Positions 48,291-62,170 of a stretch of 64,000 nt of DNA are shown here, piece by piece. The number at the start of each line of letters is the position of its first letter. Position 1 is the first letter of the stretch. The position numbers were made by a program, and so were the translations under genes. Below the pieces are notes generated by a model. The model saw only the letters and a list, made by a program, of their open reading frames with translations. It had not been told where the DNA came from and ran no database searches. Origin of the DNA: Felis catus (Eukaryota); the NCBI RefSeq assembly GCF_018350175.1, contig NC_058383.1, positions 21,330,001 through 21,394,000 on the forward strand, read 5' to 3'.

Positions 48291-51200
48291 GCATTCCTTC
48301 ATTCATCCATTCAACAAATATTTAAGTACCTGCCATGAACTAGTTCTAAGAGCTAATTGGAAACGTAGCAGTGAATAAGATGGGCAAAGATTCTTTCAGT
48401 GCTCATATCTGTTACCTGAGTATTTTTCTGTGCAGATAGAGATCCATAGAGAAATAACGTCAGGGAGAAGAGAATGTAGTGAAAACGCCTCCCATTTACT
48501 ACTCCTACTGCATATCTAACACTGTGCTGAGCACACTGCATATATTCACAACAACCCCCTGATCTCTTATCCCTATCTTCAGGGCACAAAGATAAACCAA
48601 GGCACAAAGAGTTGCGGAACTTGCCCAAGGTTGTGTAGATAAAAAGTATCCACTCCAGGACAGAGCGAATCCATCCAGGGTCTGATAGTTTGCTAAAAGC
48701 TCTTTTCAGCTGGAGGCTCAGGAATGCAGCCCCTCTTTTGAATATCTGCACATCTCGCAAGGTTTAGGGTTGATTATCTTGAGCCCTGTGCTCTCCCTCC
48801 TCTGTACCCACCTCACGCTGTACAAGATGTCTCATACCTTTCCTCCCGTGTCCCTGCAAATGGCAACACAAGGCAGTTGTCCAACCTTGTGCTTCCCCAT
48901 CTCCTTCATGCTTTGCCCAAGTCCTGCCAAGAGCTGCTTCCAGAACATGTCTCTCCTGGTTTCACCCAGGCGTCCGCGAGTTCTTGCTTAGTGTCTTGAA
49001 AAAAAAAAAAAAAATCAAACGTTCAGGATACACCTGCCAGGTTCTAGGCCCTGCACTGGACACGTCACGTGCATTCTCTCGGTTAACATTTACAATCATC
49101 TGATACCTTCCCCGCGTCACAGGCAGGAACTCCCAGCTGGGGTCACTATAGCTCCTCATCTGGTCCCCTTGCCTCACCCAATTTTAATCTGTTCCTCTTG
49201 TACTGGGAGCCAGCAGGGCACGGTTCAGCACTTGGGTGCAGGTGGGGATCGGGCTTCTTCACCATCGCCTGCTGGCTTCTCCCTCAGCCCCAGCGTTTCC
49301 TTTTGGAGAAGTGGGAAGACGGCGTCCCCCATCCCCATAAGGCTGTCGTGTGGATTAAATGAGACAGTGGCAGATTCAGAGCAGGCCCCATCAAGAGCAC
49401 CTATTGCTGTGGCTTTCGTCAGAGTAGGCTAACCCTTGTAAAAAAGAACCCAACATTTAGATGGGTTAACATAATAAAAATCGATTCACTGTTGACACAA
49501 TAGCAGGCCCTTTATGACACGGTGACTCAGGGATCCAAGCCATTTCCATCTTGGAGACCCACGATCTAGGTCCCCAGATCTTCTGCACCAGCCAGCAGAT
49601 GGGGGAGAGAGGACGTGGGGGACGTTTTTACGGGCTAGGCCTAAAATGGCAAATACCCCTCTCCTCCATGTTTGGTTGACCAGAAGTCCGTCATATGGCT
49701 TCACATGACCACAAAGGAGTCTGGGAAATGTAGTCTAACCACGTGCCCAGGAGGAAAAAGAAAGGCTTTTTGTGAGCACCAGAAATTTCTGCCACATGAT
49801 AGATGCTGTTGTTCCCCAGACTATCAACCTCATCACATCCTTCCCTGCGTGAAAACCTTTCAGCCCTTCCTATGGCTTTCAGGGCAAAACCAAACTCCCA
49901 GAGCCGGCCACACAGGCTGTGAGTCCTACCCTGACTCACCTCTGGTCACACAAACCCTAAACAGTCCGATGAGCCATGTGCCCACTCCCCTCCCTGCCAG
50001 CGCTGTTCCCTCTGTTTGAAGTCCTGTTTTGCCCCCTGGGCCAACCTGCACTGCACGTTTAAATCTCAGATCGGGTGTCTCTCCCGTGACCCCTGGTCAA
50101 CTAGATGTCACCTCTCCAGACACAGCCTCCCTCGCTAGATCCAGGGACTGTCTTGGTAGCTCCAAAAACAGTGGCTCTCCAAAGAAAACCCGAATGTCAT
50201 TCAGGCACAACATATTTCCACAACTCAAGATTTCTCGTGCGGACTGCTGTCTCCATAAGCAACACACTGGTCCCCCCGCAAACGACTAGGATAACCGGTG
50301 GGCTAGTGAGATAGTGTCTCCTTGAGAACTTGCTTAGCTTGGCGAACTTCTCAGTCTTCCAATCCCAGGTCTGGTTGACATGACGGAGGCCTCTGATTTT
50401 TATCTCGCTTTAGATCCTTGTTTAGTTCAAGATGTCTCTGCAGCTGTAGACACCTGTCTGCCATCCACCACCAGGTCCAGATGGAGTATAAAAGCAGTTC
50501 TATGTCATCCTGTCACACTGCTCTTCCTTCCTTTCTCACTTTGATAGCTGCACTGTGGGGCAAGAATGTGATGTTGGTGCCATGGCAGCTGTCTTGAGAC
50601 CAAGAGGTCCAACTTGCCAGAAGGGTGGATCTTTGATGATATCACCAAGCCACCAGACTAACCCCAAGACCAACTGCTTCTGACTTCCTTGTTAAATTAA
50701 CCTGAGCTTCTCGGATTGTGTACCAGGGCACCCCAGAGAGCCACGCTGAACTCACAGGGGCTTTGGGGGATTATAAAACTTCAAGGGAAATATAGTGATT
50801 CTCGATATCTGTCAAACACCATGTGAATTACTAGCTCAAGGTCGTTCAAGGCTGTAATGGCCCTACATTCTCTCCAATAACATCATATCTTTGCAAAGCT
50901 GGCTTTATGGGAGTTGCCATAATAAAAAGCAAGTACTGCATAAAAATCAGTGTGGAAGAGGAAATGTAGGTAAGAGGGTCTCCAACCTGACTCCGAGGTC
51001 TGGGAAGTTGTGCAGTGCCCCAAAGGACACACATCTCGTGGTAATTACCTGTAGAATGTAATAATGGAAGTTATTTAAGGACTCAATTCAACTGAGTTAT
51101 GCGTAGTCATCTGAAAATGAAATAAAAATATAAATAAAATACTTTTCCATATATGTGTATTTTCTTTTCAAATGGCTAAGCTGTTAGGACATAAATGCTA

Positions 51201-52117
51201 CATGCTTTTGGACCTATTTGTTTAATGAGAAGAACCAGCAGGCATTCCTTTTGGCCCAGGAACGCTGTGAACCAAGACAGTTTGGGAGCCTGTGAAATGA
51301 ACAATATACGTCCTGTTTCAGGAAGTGGGAGTTGAGATTTCTATCGCTTGCAGCAGAGAACGTTTCCGGTTGGTACACACTCTCCCAATTGCCTGGCGAC
51401 ACCAGGCTTTCAAGTGAATGATTTCTTCTTGAAACCAGCCAGTATTTGCAATGCAGATGCTTGATAATTCAGGCTGATCCTGAGATGGACAATCACAGAA
51501 ACTGAAAGCAGAACTCTTTGTCTTTTCTGAAACAGTGGCTTTATTTCTATCTAAATAGCCCTGCCGTTGTTTTCAGCCTACGGTGACCAGGGGCTTAGGG
51601 CAACTTAGTGGTTGGAAAAGAGTCTAGCTTTTTTTTTTTTTTTTTTTTTTTCCACTTTTCTCTCTGCGAAACCGCAGGTTTCGTTTAAACCTAAGCACGT
51701 CCTTTCCTTGACTGATGCCTTTTGAGTCACTGGTTACAAGACATCAGTCATGTGGGTTATTTCAGAACCCTTTACAGCCAGAGGAGGGTCATCAGACTCA
51801 AGAAGCAGCCTGCTAAGTCTCATCAATAAGGTTCACTGTCACCATCTGTAAATGGTGAACAATTAAAATGGTAGAATGACTACCGTTTACTAAGGACCTA
51901 CTGTGGGCTGGACACCACAAGCTTATTCCGTATGCGTGATTAGAATGTTCTCGTCTTTTTTTTTTTTTTTTTGCTTTGGCTTTTATCCTTGTGTCTACTA
52001 TCCAAATTAAATAACTCTCAGAAGAGGAAAACCAAATGGCCAACAAACATGAAAAGACACTCAGTCTCTCTAAAAGCCAGAAAAAGAAAATTCAAATTAA
52101 AGCAACAGGACAGAATT

Positions 52118-52505
52118 CTTTTTTTTTTTTTTTTTTTTTTTTTTAAGTAGGCTCTGTGCCTAGGGCAGAGCCCAGCATGGGGCTTGAACTCACGACCCAG
52201 CAATCAAGACCTGAGCTGAGATCAAGAGTCACATGCTTAACCAACTGAGCCACTGGGCCATCCCCAGAACAGACATTGTGTTTTTTTTAAGTGTTTATTA
52301 TTTTGAGAAAGAGAAAGAGAGACAGAGAAAGAGACAGAGTGCAAGCAGGGGAAGGGCAGAGAAAGAGGGAGACATCGAAACTGAAGCAGGCTCCAGTCTC
52401 TGAGCTGTCAGCACAGAGCCAGACATGGGGCTCGAACTCACAACCACGAGATCATGACCTCAGCTGAAGTCGGATGCTTAAATGACTGAGCCACCCAGGC
52501 ACCCC
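52118..52505 (-). mobile_element. Two tandem SINEC copies (a short older type and a full one) inside an old L1
   Basis: Tails at 52118 and 52281; heads ending near 52265 and 52505. Confidence 0.88.
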
Positions 52506-53890
52506 ATTTTTAAAAACAGCAATACTGACTGCGATGGGGAAATACGTAAACTCCTGTATTGCTAGTGGAAATGTAAATTGCTACAATATTCTGTAACACA
52601 ATCTTGCAATAGTTATTAAATATTTAAACTCACAGACCCAGCAAGCCTCATATTTGAAAATCAATCCTACAAAAGATAACCTCCAATAGGTAAGAGTATA
52701 TACACAGGGACATTGATTTCATCATTGTTTGTTGTAGAAAAATCTGGGAACTACTTGAAAGATCATAATTATGAAAACACTTGAACTAAGTAGGAAATAT
52801 CTACCCCAGAATGCATGTCTCCCATAGTTCTCTACACCTTCAAGCCTTTGGATGGTCTGTTTCTTTTACCCACACTGCTCTCTAAATCTGGCAAAACCTC
52901 TCATCCTTCAAGTCTGAACAAAGATATGAGAATGTTTGTAAAGGTAGCAAGAGAGAAAGTATGGAAAATATAAATCACGTGGGCTGGCTAACAATTAGAT
53001 GCATGTCACAAAGTGGAAGAAGCCAGACATGAAAAAGCACCCGTCCTATATAAAAAGTTCCAAACAAAGCAAAGCCAAGGACAGGGCACGTGGAGATTTC
53101 CGGGGCGTTGCCACCTTCTGTGTCCGGATCTGGATGCTGGCAAGGGTGAGGTCTGTTTGTGAAAGGTCACTGAGCTGTTACAGTTGTGTGCTTTTCTGTG
53201 TGTATATTACATTTCAATAAAAAAAAGTTACAAATAAAACCGGTCTGTGTTTAGGAAGTTACCTTTTGGATAAAACCAGGAGGGAATTTGCAGGCCAATC
53301 TCGGGTCCCTGGGAGAGAACACTGAATTCAGTCTCTGTGTCCTGGGCTGCCAGGTTTTATGCCCATAATATAAGAATATGCCATTTTAGAAACTGCCTTT
53401 AAAAATCAGAAGGCTTTACTCCACACCCTTTAGTATTCCAGTAATTGAAATTGTTGTCAATAACAACAAAAGTTAGGGGTCGAGTCCGCTCCCAGACCTC
53501 CTACTGAGCATTTAACAAACTTGACCTTGCTGCTTCTTCAGGGCAGTCTCGTGAGGCAGGTATTGTCCCCATTTTGCAAATGTGGAAATCAAAGTTCAAA
53601 GGCCCAGCAACTCAATTAAGGTCAAAGGTAACTGGGCTCAGAATCAGTGTGTTTTCCGCAGGTAAACGATCTCAAAATAGAAACCAGAAGTATCTTTTGG
53701 ATTTTTTTTTTTTATCAATTCTTGAGCAGCTTTACTGAGGTTTAGTTGATAGATAATACGTTACACATATTTAAACGTTGATGTTTTGACACCATGAGAC
53801 CTTTATCACAATCAAGACAGCAAACACAGATGTATCATCCCCCAAAGTTCCCTAGTGACCCTGTTCTTGTCTGCAAACACTAATCTGTTT

Positions 53891-53893
<3 letters not shown>

Positions 53894-53934
<41 letters not shown>

Positions 53935-54130
53935 TTATGTTTATTCTGAGAGAGAGAAAGAGAAAGAGAAAGAATGAGTGGGAGAGGGGCAGAGAGAGAG
54001 GAAGAGACAGAATCCCAAGCGGGCTCCGCACAGAGCCCGACCCAGGGCTCGAACCCACTAACCGTGAGATCACGACCTGAGCCAAAACCAAGAGTCGGAC
54101 GCCTAGCCGACTGAGCTACCCAGGCGCCCC
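53894..54130 (-). mobile_element. SINEC with (GAAA)n tail and 15-bp TSD
   Basis: TSD actaatctgttttct at 53879-53893 and 54131-54145. Confidence 0.95.
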
Positions 54131-55088
54131 ACTAATCTGTTTTCTCACACTATGAATAGGTTTGAGTTTTCCAGAATTTTCCATAAGTGAAACCAAGCAT
54201 CTGGCTTCCTTCCCTGGACGTATGTATTTTTGCATCATCCAGGTTCTAGCACGCACGAGGTCCCCTGCCTCTGGTTGCTGTGGATGTCTCCACGGTGTGA
54301 TCATGCCCCAGCCTCCTCCCCCACTCGCCCTTGGATGGGCCTTGTTCCAATTTGGGGATGCTGCCCAAAAAGCTGCTGTGAACGTTTTTGTACAAGTCTT
54401 TCAGTGACATGTGTTGTCATTTCCCTTGAGTGACTACCTAAGAGAAGGACGGTGGGTGTGAATTTAACTTTTAAAAAACCACCAAGCTGTTTCTCAGGTC
54501 CTGCCTGCAGTGTATGAGACTTCCGGGCTCTCCAGATTGTCACCAACAGCGGGTATGACCAGTCTTTTGGAGTTCAGACGTTCTAATTTGCACTAATTAT
54601 GACTCATTTTGTTGAACTTTTTTTTTTTTTTTTCCGCGTGCCTATCTTCTTTGCTAAGATGTCTGTTCAAATCTTTCAAGCCCATATGTTAGCTGTTTGG
54701 TTGTTTTCTCACTATTGAGTTTTGGGACTAGCATATATACTCCAGATACAAGTCCTTTTTTCAGTGATATGTTTGGCAATATTTTCTCCTCATCTGAGGC
54801 TTGTCTCCCGCACTGACAATTTAATATTTGAACCATTTGTAAGCGTGCGGTTCGGGGGGTATGAAGTGTGCTCATATTACATGCAGCCATCATGACATCC
54901 ACCTACAGAATGTTTTCATCTTCTCAGACCAAAATTCTTTACCCATCAATGACTCGCCATCCCCCTGCCCCCCATACCCTCACAAACACCTTCTGTCTCT
55001 GAATCTGACTACCTCATATAAGTGGAATCATACAGTATCTGTCCTTTAATGTCTGGCTAATTTCACTTCACATAATGTCCTCAAGGTA

Positions 55089-55665
55089 TGATAGGAAAAG
55101 ATAGGTAAATTAGGTAAAAAGAGAGGGAAAGGTTAGGGCCTGAGGTCCCTGGATGGGAAAAAACAGATTTTGGAACAATGCTGGGAGCGGCTAATCACAG
55201 CAAACCCCCTCCAGCGTCAGGTCCCTCTTAAGAATGTAACCCACCTACGCCCCTCAGGTTCCCCTCAGGAATCTGACAAAAGACATGACAAAAGATAAGT
55301 AGTGGATCATAAAACATATGACCCACAAGGAATGATATGGCCACAGACCAGTCTGAGCTCTCACACAATGGAGTCGAGCCGGTCAGGACCGCACAGCCCA
55401 GCACGTAGAGCTATCCAGCCAGTAAGGGTAGGACCTGAGAAAGAACGAGGGGGAAGGGAAGGGAGGGCTGACCAGGACCTTATAAAACAAGGACCCTCGC
55501 CTGTAGTCCGTGGGCATTCACTTTCAGATGCCCCCTCTCGGTAAAGAGAGCTTTCCTGCTAATCTTCCTTTCTGATCGGATGCTCTAATAAACTTTTGTC
55601 CACCTCTTCATGCTTCAAAGTGGCAAGACCACGAATCCCGGGTATTGGGTAAAAAATCCTGCGAT
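55089..55665 (+). mobile_element. ERV solo LTR
   Basis: Starts TG; TATAAAA at 55481; AATAAA at 55587; gtggcaagaccacgaatcccggg U5-like end; interrupts the L1 phrase cctcaagg...; 3' boundary approximate. Confidence 0.7.
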
Positions 55666-55724
55666 GAAGCTGCCACCCAGGTGGGAGCAGGTGTCGGAAC
55701 TTCCTTCCTTTTAAAGACCGTATA

Positions 55725-55978
55725 GGGGCGCCTGGGTGGCACAGTCGGTTAAGCGTCCGACTTCGGCCAGGTCACGATCTCGCGGTCCGTGAGTTTGAAC
55801 CCCGCGTCAGGCTCTGGGCTGGTGGCTCAGAGCCTGGAGCCTGTTTCCGATTCTGTGTCTCCCTCTCTCTCTGCCCCTCTCCCTCTCTCTCTCCCCCGTT
55901 CATGCTCTGTCTCTCTCTGTCCCAAAAATAAATAAACATTGAAAAAAAAATTTAAAAAAAAATAAAAAATAAAAAAAA
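55725..55978 (+). mobile_element. Young felid SINEC with 13-bp TSD
   Basis: TSD taaagaccgtata at 55712-55724 and 55979-55991. Confidence 0.96.
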
Positions 55979-56339
55979 TAAAGACCGTATAATAGTCCAT
56001 TGCACGGATATGCCACATTTTGTTTATCCATTCATCCATCGATGGATATTGGGGTCGTTTCCACCTTATGGTTATTGTGAATAATGCTACTAGGAACATG
56101 GGTATAATAATTCTTTCTTGATTGCTAACAACAAAAAAAAAAGGAACTTCTTTTCTTAAAATTGCAAATGTCTTTTTCCTCTGTGTCAGTGGTCGGCTTC
56201 CCTAATATCTCTGTCTCTCTGTATGTGTCTCTCTCTCATCTGCTCTCTCTCTTGCTCTGTCCCCGTAATGGATACCTGGCATTAGTGTCTACTTAAGACC
56301 TAATCCCTCTTTCTTTGGGTGATAGCCTCTTGATTTTCC

Positions 56340-56850
56340 CGGGGGAAACCACAGGTCTTCCGCTGGCTCTCTCGGTTCACACAATTTGGGAAGAGCTGAC
56401 AGCCTTCTGCCACCACTCAGCTCCCCAACCTGTCCTCCCCACCCCTTCAAGGCCAGGACATCCACCTGGGTCGAGCCAGTCAAACACTCAGGCCATCTTG
56501 ACTGACTTGGGGATGAGCTTATGGTCCAAGTCAGGCCCTGACTTGCAATTCCGGGCATTTTTTCTGGAGATTTTTGGGAACGAGATGTGCTATTCCTCCG
56601 GAGTTCCCGGGAAGGGGGTGGCGGTTCGGAGGGGCGGAGGGAGCAGGAGTCACCAGTGGCCATCACTGCCACCATGATGGATGAGCCCAAAGAGAACGGA
56701 AAACTCACTGAGGAGAAGAAAGCAAACGGAGCACAAGGTGGATGAGCTCGATATTTTGTCCGCCCACCGGGCCCCGAGCCAGCCAGGCTGGATTTTCCCC
56801 GGTCAGGTCTTTGTCCTTCTTCAGCCAGTTGGAGCTGGGTTTCTTTCCCT
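56340..56850. mobile_element. Old ERVL/MaLR-type LTR relic
   Basis: ggggatgagcttatggtccaag...cagccagttggagctgggtttct motifs. Confidence 0.45.
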
Positions 56851-57596
56851 TGCAAAAAAAAAAAAAAAAAGACTCCTACTTACAACACTCTCTTTTCTTC
56901 CCCAGCTTTCCTTTGTTTTTTCGGATTTCAGAATTCTGACATCTGAGCAAGCAAACCTGTCCTTGGTGTGTCAGGACCACAGACAATTGTTGGTGGGTGC
57001 GGGGCAGGGCAAGGCCTTAGTCACCCAGAGGCACGCCTGCCTCCCCAGAATAGAGATGATTAAGAGATAAGTTCTGGTGAATCAGGGACATGTGCCAGGC
57101 ACATAAAGAACTGTTACAGAAGGCAAAGTGTGAGGGCAAAAGCCACCTTCTGATGAAGTGCCCTGGAATGGATGGCTGCCACCCTGATGACCTAACTTTG
57201 GACCATCCGACGGCCTCTTTGTCATGACGCCAGGAAGTCGGACAGTAAGAGCAGACATCCATATTCCCGATCATCCTCTCTGGGAATGTAGACACCTCGG
57301 GGTAAGTATCCTCCAAGGGAAGGGAAAGGTGGCGGGACCAAGTGGGACCCCAGCCAGCAGCCCAATGCAGAGGGGGCTCAGAGGACAGAGCGACCTCTGG
57401 ATGGAGCAACAAGGTCCCACCCACGCTGGGCCAGGGCTTTCCGGGCTGGGGTGAGAATGGAAGTTGAGTGGCACTGGACCTCAGTGGGTGCAGGACCCCG
57501 GGAGCAGTGGGGGAAGGGTGGGCAGGAACAAAGCCAAGGTCAAGGACTCTGCTACATGTACTGTGCCTTGTTAAATAAAACAAAACAAAACAAAAC

Positions 57597-57627
<31 letters not shown>

Positions 57628-57931
57628 AAAACAGAAACTGAGGTGTTGGTGTGAGATGGGAAGGGAGTTTACCTTAAGACCACAGGCGTGAGGGCACTGG
57701 GGTATCAGCGGCTAACCCCGGCCGGCCACAGCAGATTACAGCTTTCCTCCAGTCCTGCCAACAGCAGTGTGAGATTGGTGTTATACTTATTAACCCATTT
57801 TACAGATGAGAGAGCGGAGGCCCAGACATGGGAAGGGCTGCGCTCAGGACCACAGACTTGTGAACTCTGGAGCTGGAATTTGGATGCAAGGCTGCACCCA
57901 AACTGGTGCCTTTTCTATTCTTTAAATTTGG

Positions 57932-58304
57932 TGAAACGTCATCTTAGGATCATTAACTCTTTAGCATAGAGCAAAACCAAAGGGCCCAAAGCCACCGAGC
58001 TGAATGCAAACAGGCTCTTTAGGCGACCCACCCCAAAAGAGCCAGAGGCCCTCACTGACCAGTCACAACCGGGCACAGTGCCTAAGTTCCCAAAAAACAG
58101 AAAATTGCATCTGTCCCCAAGCTCCCTCACTCCGCCTTATAACTGCGACCCCTCAACACCCCTCTATAAGGCAGTCTCTGCTTTGCTGTCCTGCCCGCTG
58201 CCCCCCTGCAGTATATTCCATAAACTCTGATCTCTTCTGTTCTGCTCTGGTGAATTCTTTCACCTCCCGCACCACCGGCTGCCACCCAATCAGAGCACCC
58301 TACA
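57932..58304 (+). mobile_element. ERV solo LTR
   Basis: TG...CA ends flanked by TTTGG (57927-57931 and 58305-58309); cttataa TATA-like element; cataaac variant poly-A signal; ggtgaattcttt U5-like motif. Confidence 0.6.
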
Positions 58305-58435
58305 TTTGGTGCCCCTGCCCCGTTCCGATCGGGACACCCCACATTTAGGTTTGGCGACCCATTGTGCAAACTTGTTCGTGTCTGTAATCGTGGTCACACA
58401 TACACGCAAAGTATAGCTGCACAGCAACAGTATAG

Positions 58436-58526
58436 CTGTATTTCTCAATTCTAAATAATTGTATCTGTATTTCTCAATTCTAAATAATTGTATCTGTATT
58501 TCTCAATTCTAAATAATTGTATCTGT
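58436..58526 (+). repeat. 29-bp perfect tandem repeat, about 3 copies
   Basis: gtatctgtatttctcaattctaaataatt with period 29 (58461, 58490, 58519). Confidence 0.95.
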
Positions 58527-58803
58527 CCGCTCAGGGGACATACAAACAACCCTATCCACCTGAATAATAAGACTTTTATCTTTGATACACAAATTGCCAT
58601 CAGGTAAAAAAGCTTCCAGTCAAAGATAAGGCATACCTCATTTTTCAAGGAATTCTTCATTTAAAGCCAGAAGTGAATAACTTGCTAGAATCAAAATACT
58701 CAGTTCCTTGATATCTGGTGAGTTTTTTCAATGACATTTTTTAGGCTAAATGCATGGAAATTTATAACGGGGTTCAAAATCGTGGATTAAAAATGTCCAA
58801 ACA

Positions 58804-59010
58804 GGGGCGCATGGGTGGTTCAGTCAGTTGGGCGTCTTGACTTCGGCTCAGGTCATGATCTCACCGTTTGTGAGTTTGAGCCCCGCGTCGGGCTCTGTGC
58901 TGACAGCTCGGAGCCTGGAGCCTGCTTCGGATTCTGCACCCTCTCTCTCTGCACCTCCCCTGCTCACATTCTGTCTCTCTCTCTCAAAAATAAATAAACA
59001 TTAAAAAAAA
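58804..59010 (+). mobile_element. SINEC
   Basis: Head ggggcgcatgggtgg through tail. Confidence 0.93.
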
Positions 59011-60075
59011 TGTTAGGAAAACTGGCTAGCCTTATTAAAAAAAAAAAAAACACAAACAAATAAGGGTGAATCTTCAAAATAAATTCTGAATAAACCAAAG
59101 GTTAAAATGTAAAAGACAGACCATAAAAGCACTAAAACAAAACACAGGCGAATGCTTTTGTAATCATAAAAGGGGAGAGGCTTGGTAATGCATAGCAGAC
59201 CCTTATTACATAGTAAAAGTTTCTAACGACCTGAACCAGATAAAATATAAAACTTATAAAATGGAAAGGAAAAATGATTACGAGAAATAAGATAAATGAA
59301 AAACTGGGGGGGAAAATATTGCCCACAAATGATGAAGTGTTACTATCTCTATTATGCAAAGAGTTGTTACAAATCAATGTGAAAAAATCACGGAGCTAAA
59401 TGGGCAAAACGCACAAAGAGGGAATTCATAAATAATAAATTCACAATAATATGCAAAAAGACAGCCATAGTAAGTGTGAGAACATCAGTGAGACATCATT
59501 GTTCCCCACTTATTGGACCGAAAAAATCAAAAGTTTGATAATATCCAGTGTTGATAAGTATGTGGTGAAACAGGAGGTCTTGCACATAACTGATGAGACT
59601 GTAAACATAAATGAGAATATCTTGATGGTATGTATCACAGAGTAAAATATCATATGTTCTGACCTATCAATTCTATTTCCAGGAATTTACCCTTTGGGGG
59701 TAAGTACATTAGCGTGAAGGGGTTTACACACAATGTTGCCACAGTATTTATAATAGCAAATTGATATGGAAGGCCACATCAATGTACATTAACATAAGAC
59801 TACTTAAGTAAGTAGTTTTTTAAATGATGACGTGTACCAGCGACTGGCAAACTATGGCCTGTGGGCCAGCTCTGGCTGGCTGCCTGTTATTTTATTGAAT
59901 AAAAGCTAAGCAGGTTTTTACATTTTAAATGGTTAAGTACCTCTGTAATAATACACTCTGGACCCACAAAGTCAAAAATATTAATGATCTGGCCTTTGAA
60001 AACAAATTTTCCAGCCTCTGTATGTAGATCTCTAGGTAGTGTTGTACAAATTTTGAAATAAAAATGTAATTTATA

Positions 60076-60222
60076 GGGGCACCTGGGTGGCTCAGTTAGT
60101 TAAGCATCCAACTTCAGCTCAGGTGCTCTCTGCTGTCAGTGCAAAGCCTGCTTCAAAAACCATCCCCTTCTCTCTCTGCCCCTCTCCCGCTCATTCTCTC
60201 TCTCAAAATAAACATGAAAAAA
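60076..60222 (+). mobile_element. SINEC with internal deletion
   Basis: ttcagctcaggt joined directly to gctctctgctgtcag, so the B-box region is missing. Confidence 0.82.
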
Positions 60223-61290
60223 CATGGATATTTATAAAATTACAGCATGTGTCATACGATTCCATTTAGGGAAAAGTAAATATGTATACCGTATATGACT
60301 GCATGGAGAGATTCCTGAAATATAGCCCCATATATTAATTATCACTATCTTTGGATGGAAAGAAAGATGTTTTAAATTCTACTGATGGTCACAAAAGAAG
60401 ACCTAATTATACGGAAAGATGTCATGTTCCATATTGTGATGATACTAGGTCTCTCTGAGTTATAAATTCAATGCCACCCTAAGTAAGACGAGGAGTTTTG
60501 GAGAACTTGCTGAAGTGATATTAAAGCCGTTAAAATACCAGGAGTTGCTGTGACACAAACTTTTCATGTCACTGGCTAAACACACCAAATGTGCAGTGGG
60601 GTTTTTTGCTGTTTTTGTTCTCACGCCTGAGTGTTCAGCAGGGGACCATCTACGCAGTGATTCAGAGACCGGCTGCTTCCAGCCCACGTCCCCACAATTA
60701 TAAACTTTTGGCTCCCAAGGTTGTCAGAAAAGGAGAATAGAAAAGGTAGAGAAGGAGACCCACTTCTTAGCCCCATCAGGGGCAGCAGGACCCTTATCAT
60801 TCCCCCTGGCATCCCATTGGTGAGACCTAGTCACATGACCACATCTTAGCGGGAGGGCCATGCTGGGAAATGTAGTCTGAGGCTGGCCAGCAGCTTCATA
60901 CCCATCATCCCAACACTGTGGAAGGAAGGAAGGAATGTCTGGGGGATAGCTAACTACACCTGCCAATGAATTTCCTAAGGAAAAGTACACGTGAGAATAT
61001 CCAGGAGAGAAACAGGAGAAGTAGAAGGAACTGGCTCTACCCGGTCCCAAATAACAACAATTAAAATAGATTCAACAGTTTAGGAGTGGAGAGGAAACAA
61101 ACAGACAAGCCATTGGGACTGAATGAAGAGCCCAGGAACAGCCACAAATATTTTTAGGAATTTAGTTTATGATAAAAGTGAGGTTTCAAATCAGTGGGAG
61201 TACAAGGATACTGGGACATTAGGTAACCTTTGGGGAAATGAAAGAGAACTGGATCATTAACTCTTCCCTACAAAATACAATAATAACCTT

Positions 61291-61491
61291 GGGGCACCTG
61301 AGCGGTTCAGTCAGTTAGGCATCGACTCTTGGTTTCGGGTCAGGTAGTGATATCACAGTTGCAGGGACCGAGCCCCGGGTCGGTCTCTGCGCTGACAACT
61401 GCCGAGCCTGCTTGGGGTTCTCTGTCTCCCTCTCTGTCTCTGCCCCTCCCCCACTAGCTCACTCTCTCCCTCTCAAACGAAATCAATAAAT
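61291..61491 (+). mobile_element. SINEC
   Basis: ggggcacctgagcggttcag head. Confidence 0.88.
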
Positions 61492-61984
61492 GTTTTTTTA
61501 AAAATCAAACTAAAATAACCTTCAGATAGAGTAAAAATTTAGTTGTAAAAAAATCGAGAAGAATGTAGATTAATTGTTACTATTGAAATGGGGACGACCT
61601 GTCTGAGCAGGACATAAAATACATACCATGTACAGAAAAAGACTGACAATTTTGACAAGGTTGCAAAAGCAATCCAAAGGAGAAACCTTTTCAACAAATC
61701 ATGGTGAAGTAATTGGACATCCATAGGCAACAATAAATAAAATTAAAAAAAAAAAAAAAGAACTTCAACCAGAGTCTCACATCTCATAAAAAATGAACTC
61801 AAAATTTATCATAGACTTACATGTAAGTTCTAAAACTATAAAACTTCTAGAAAAAAAACATAAGAGAATACCTTCAGGATCTAGAGCTAGGCAAGACAAA
61901 GAATTCTGAGGTTTGATACCAATTTTAGCTCTTCAAAAAATTCTGTAAGGGGTGAAATGACAAACTTCAGCCTTAGGGAAAATA

Positions 61985-62170
61985 TTTTCTTTTCTTTTAA
62001 TTTTTTTTAATGTTTATTTATTTTTGAGAGAGGGAGACAGCATGAGCAGGGGAGGGGCCAAGAGAGGGAGACACAGAATCAGAAGCGGGCTCCAGGCTCC
62101 GAGCTGTCGGCACAGAGCCCGACATGGAGCTCGAACCCACCAACTGTGAGATCATGATCTGAGCTGATGT
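61985..62170 (-). mobile_element. 5'-truncated SINEC
   Basis: Tail and body present, head missing. Confidence 0.85.

Larger units (their letters stand above)
53700..56110 (-). mobile_element. Old L1M 3' regions hosting nested insertions
   Basis: gcagctttactgagg, tcatataagtggaatcatacagtat, ccacattttgtttatccattcatcc motifs. Confidence 0.75.
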
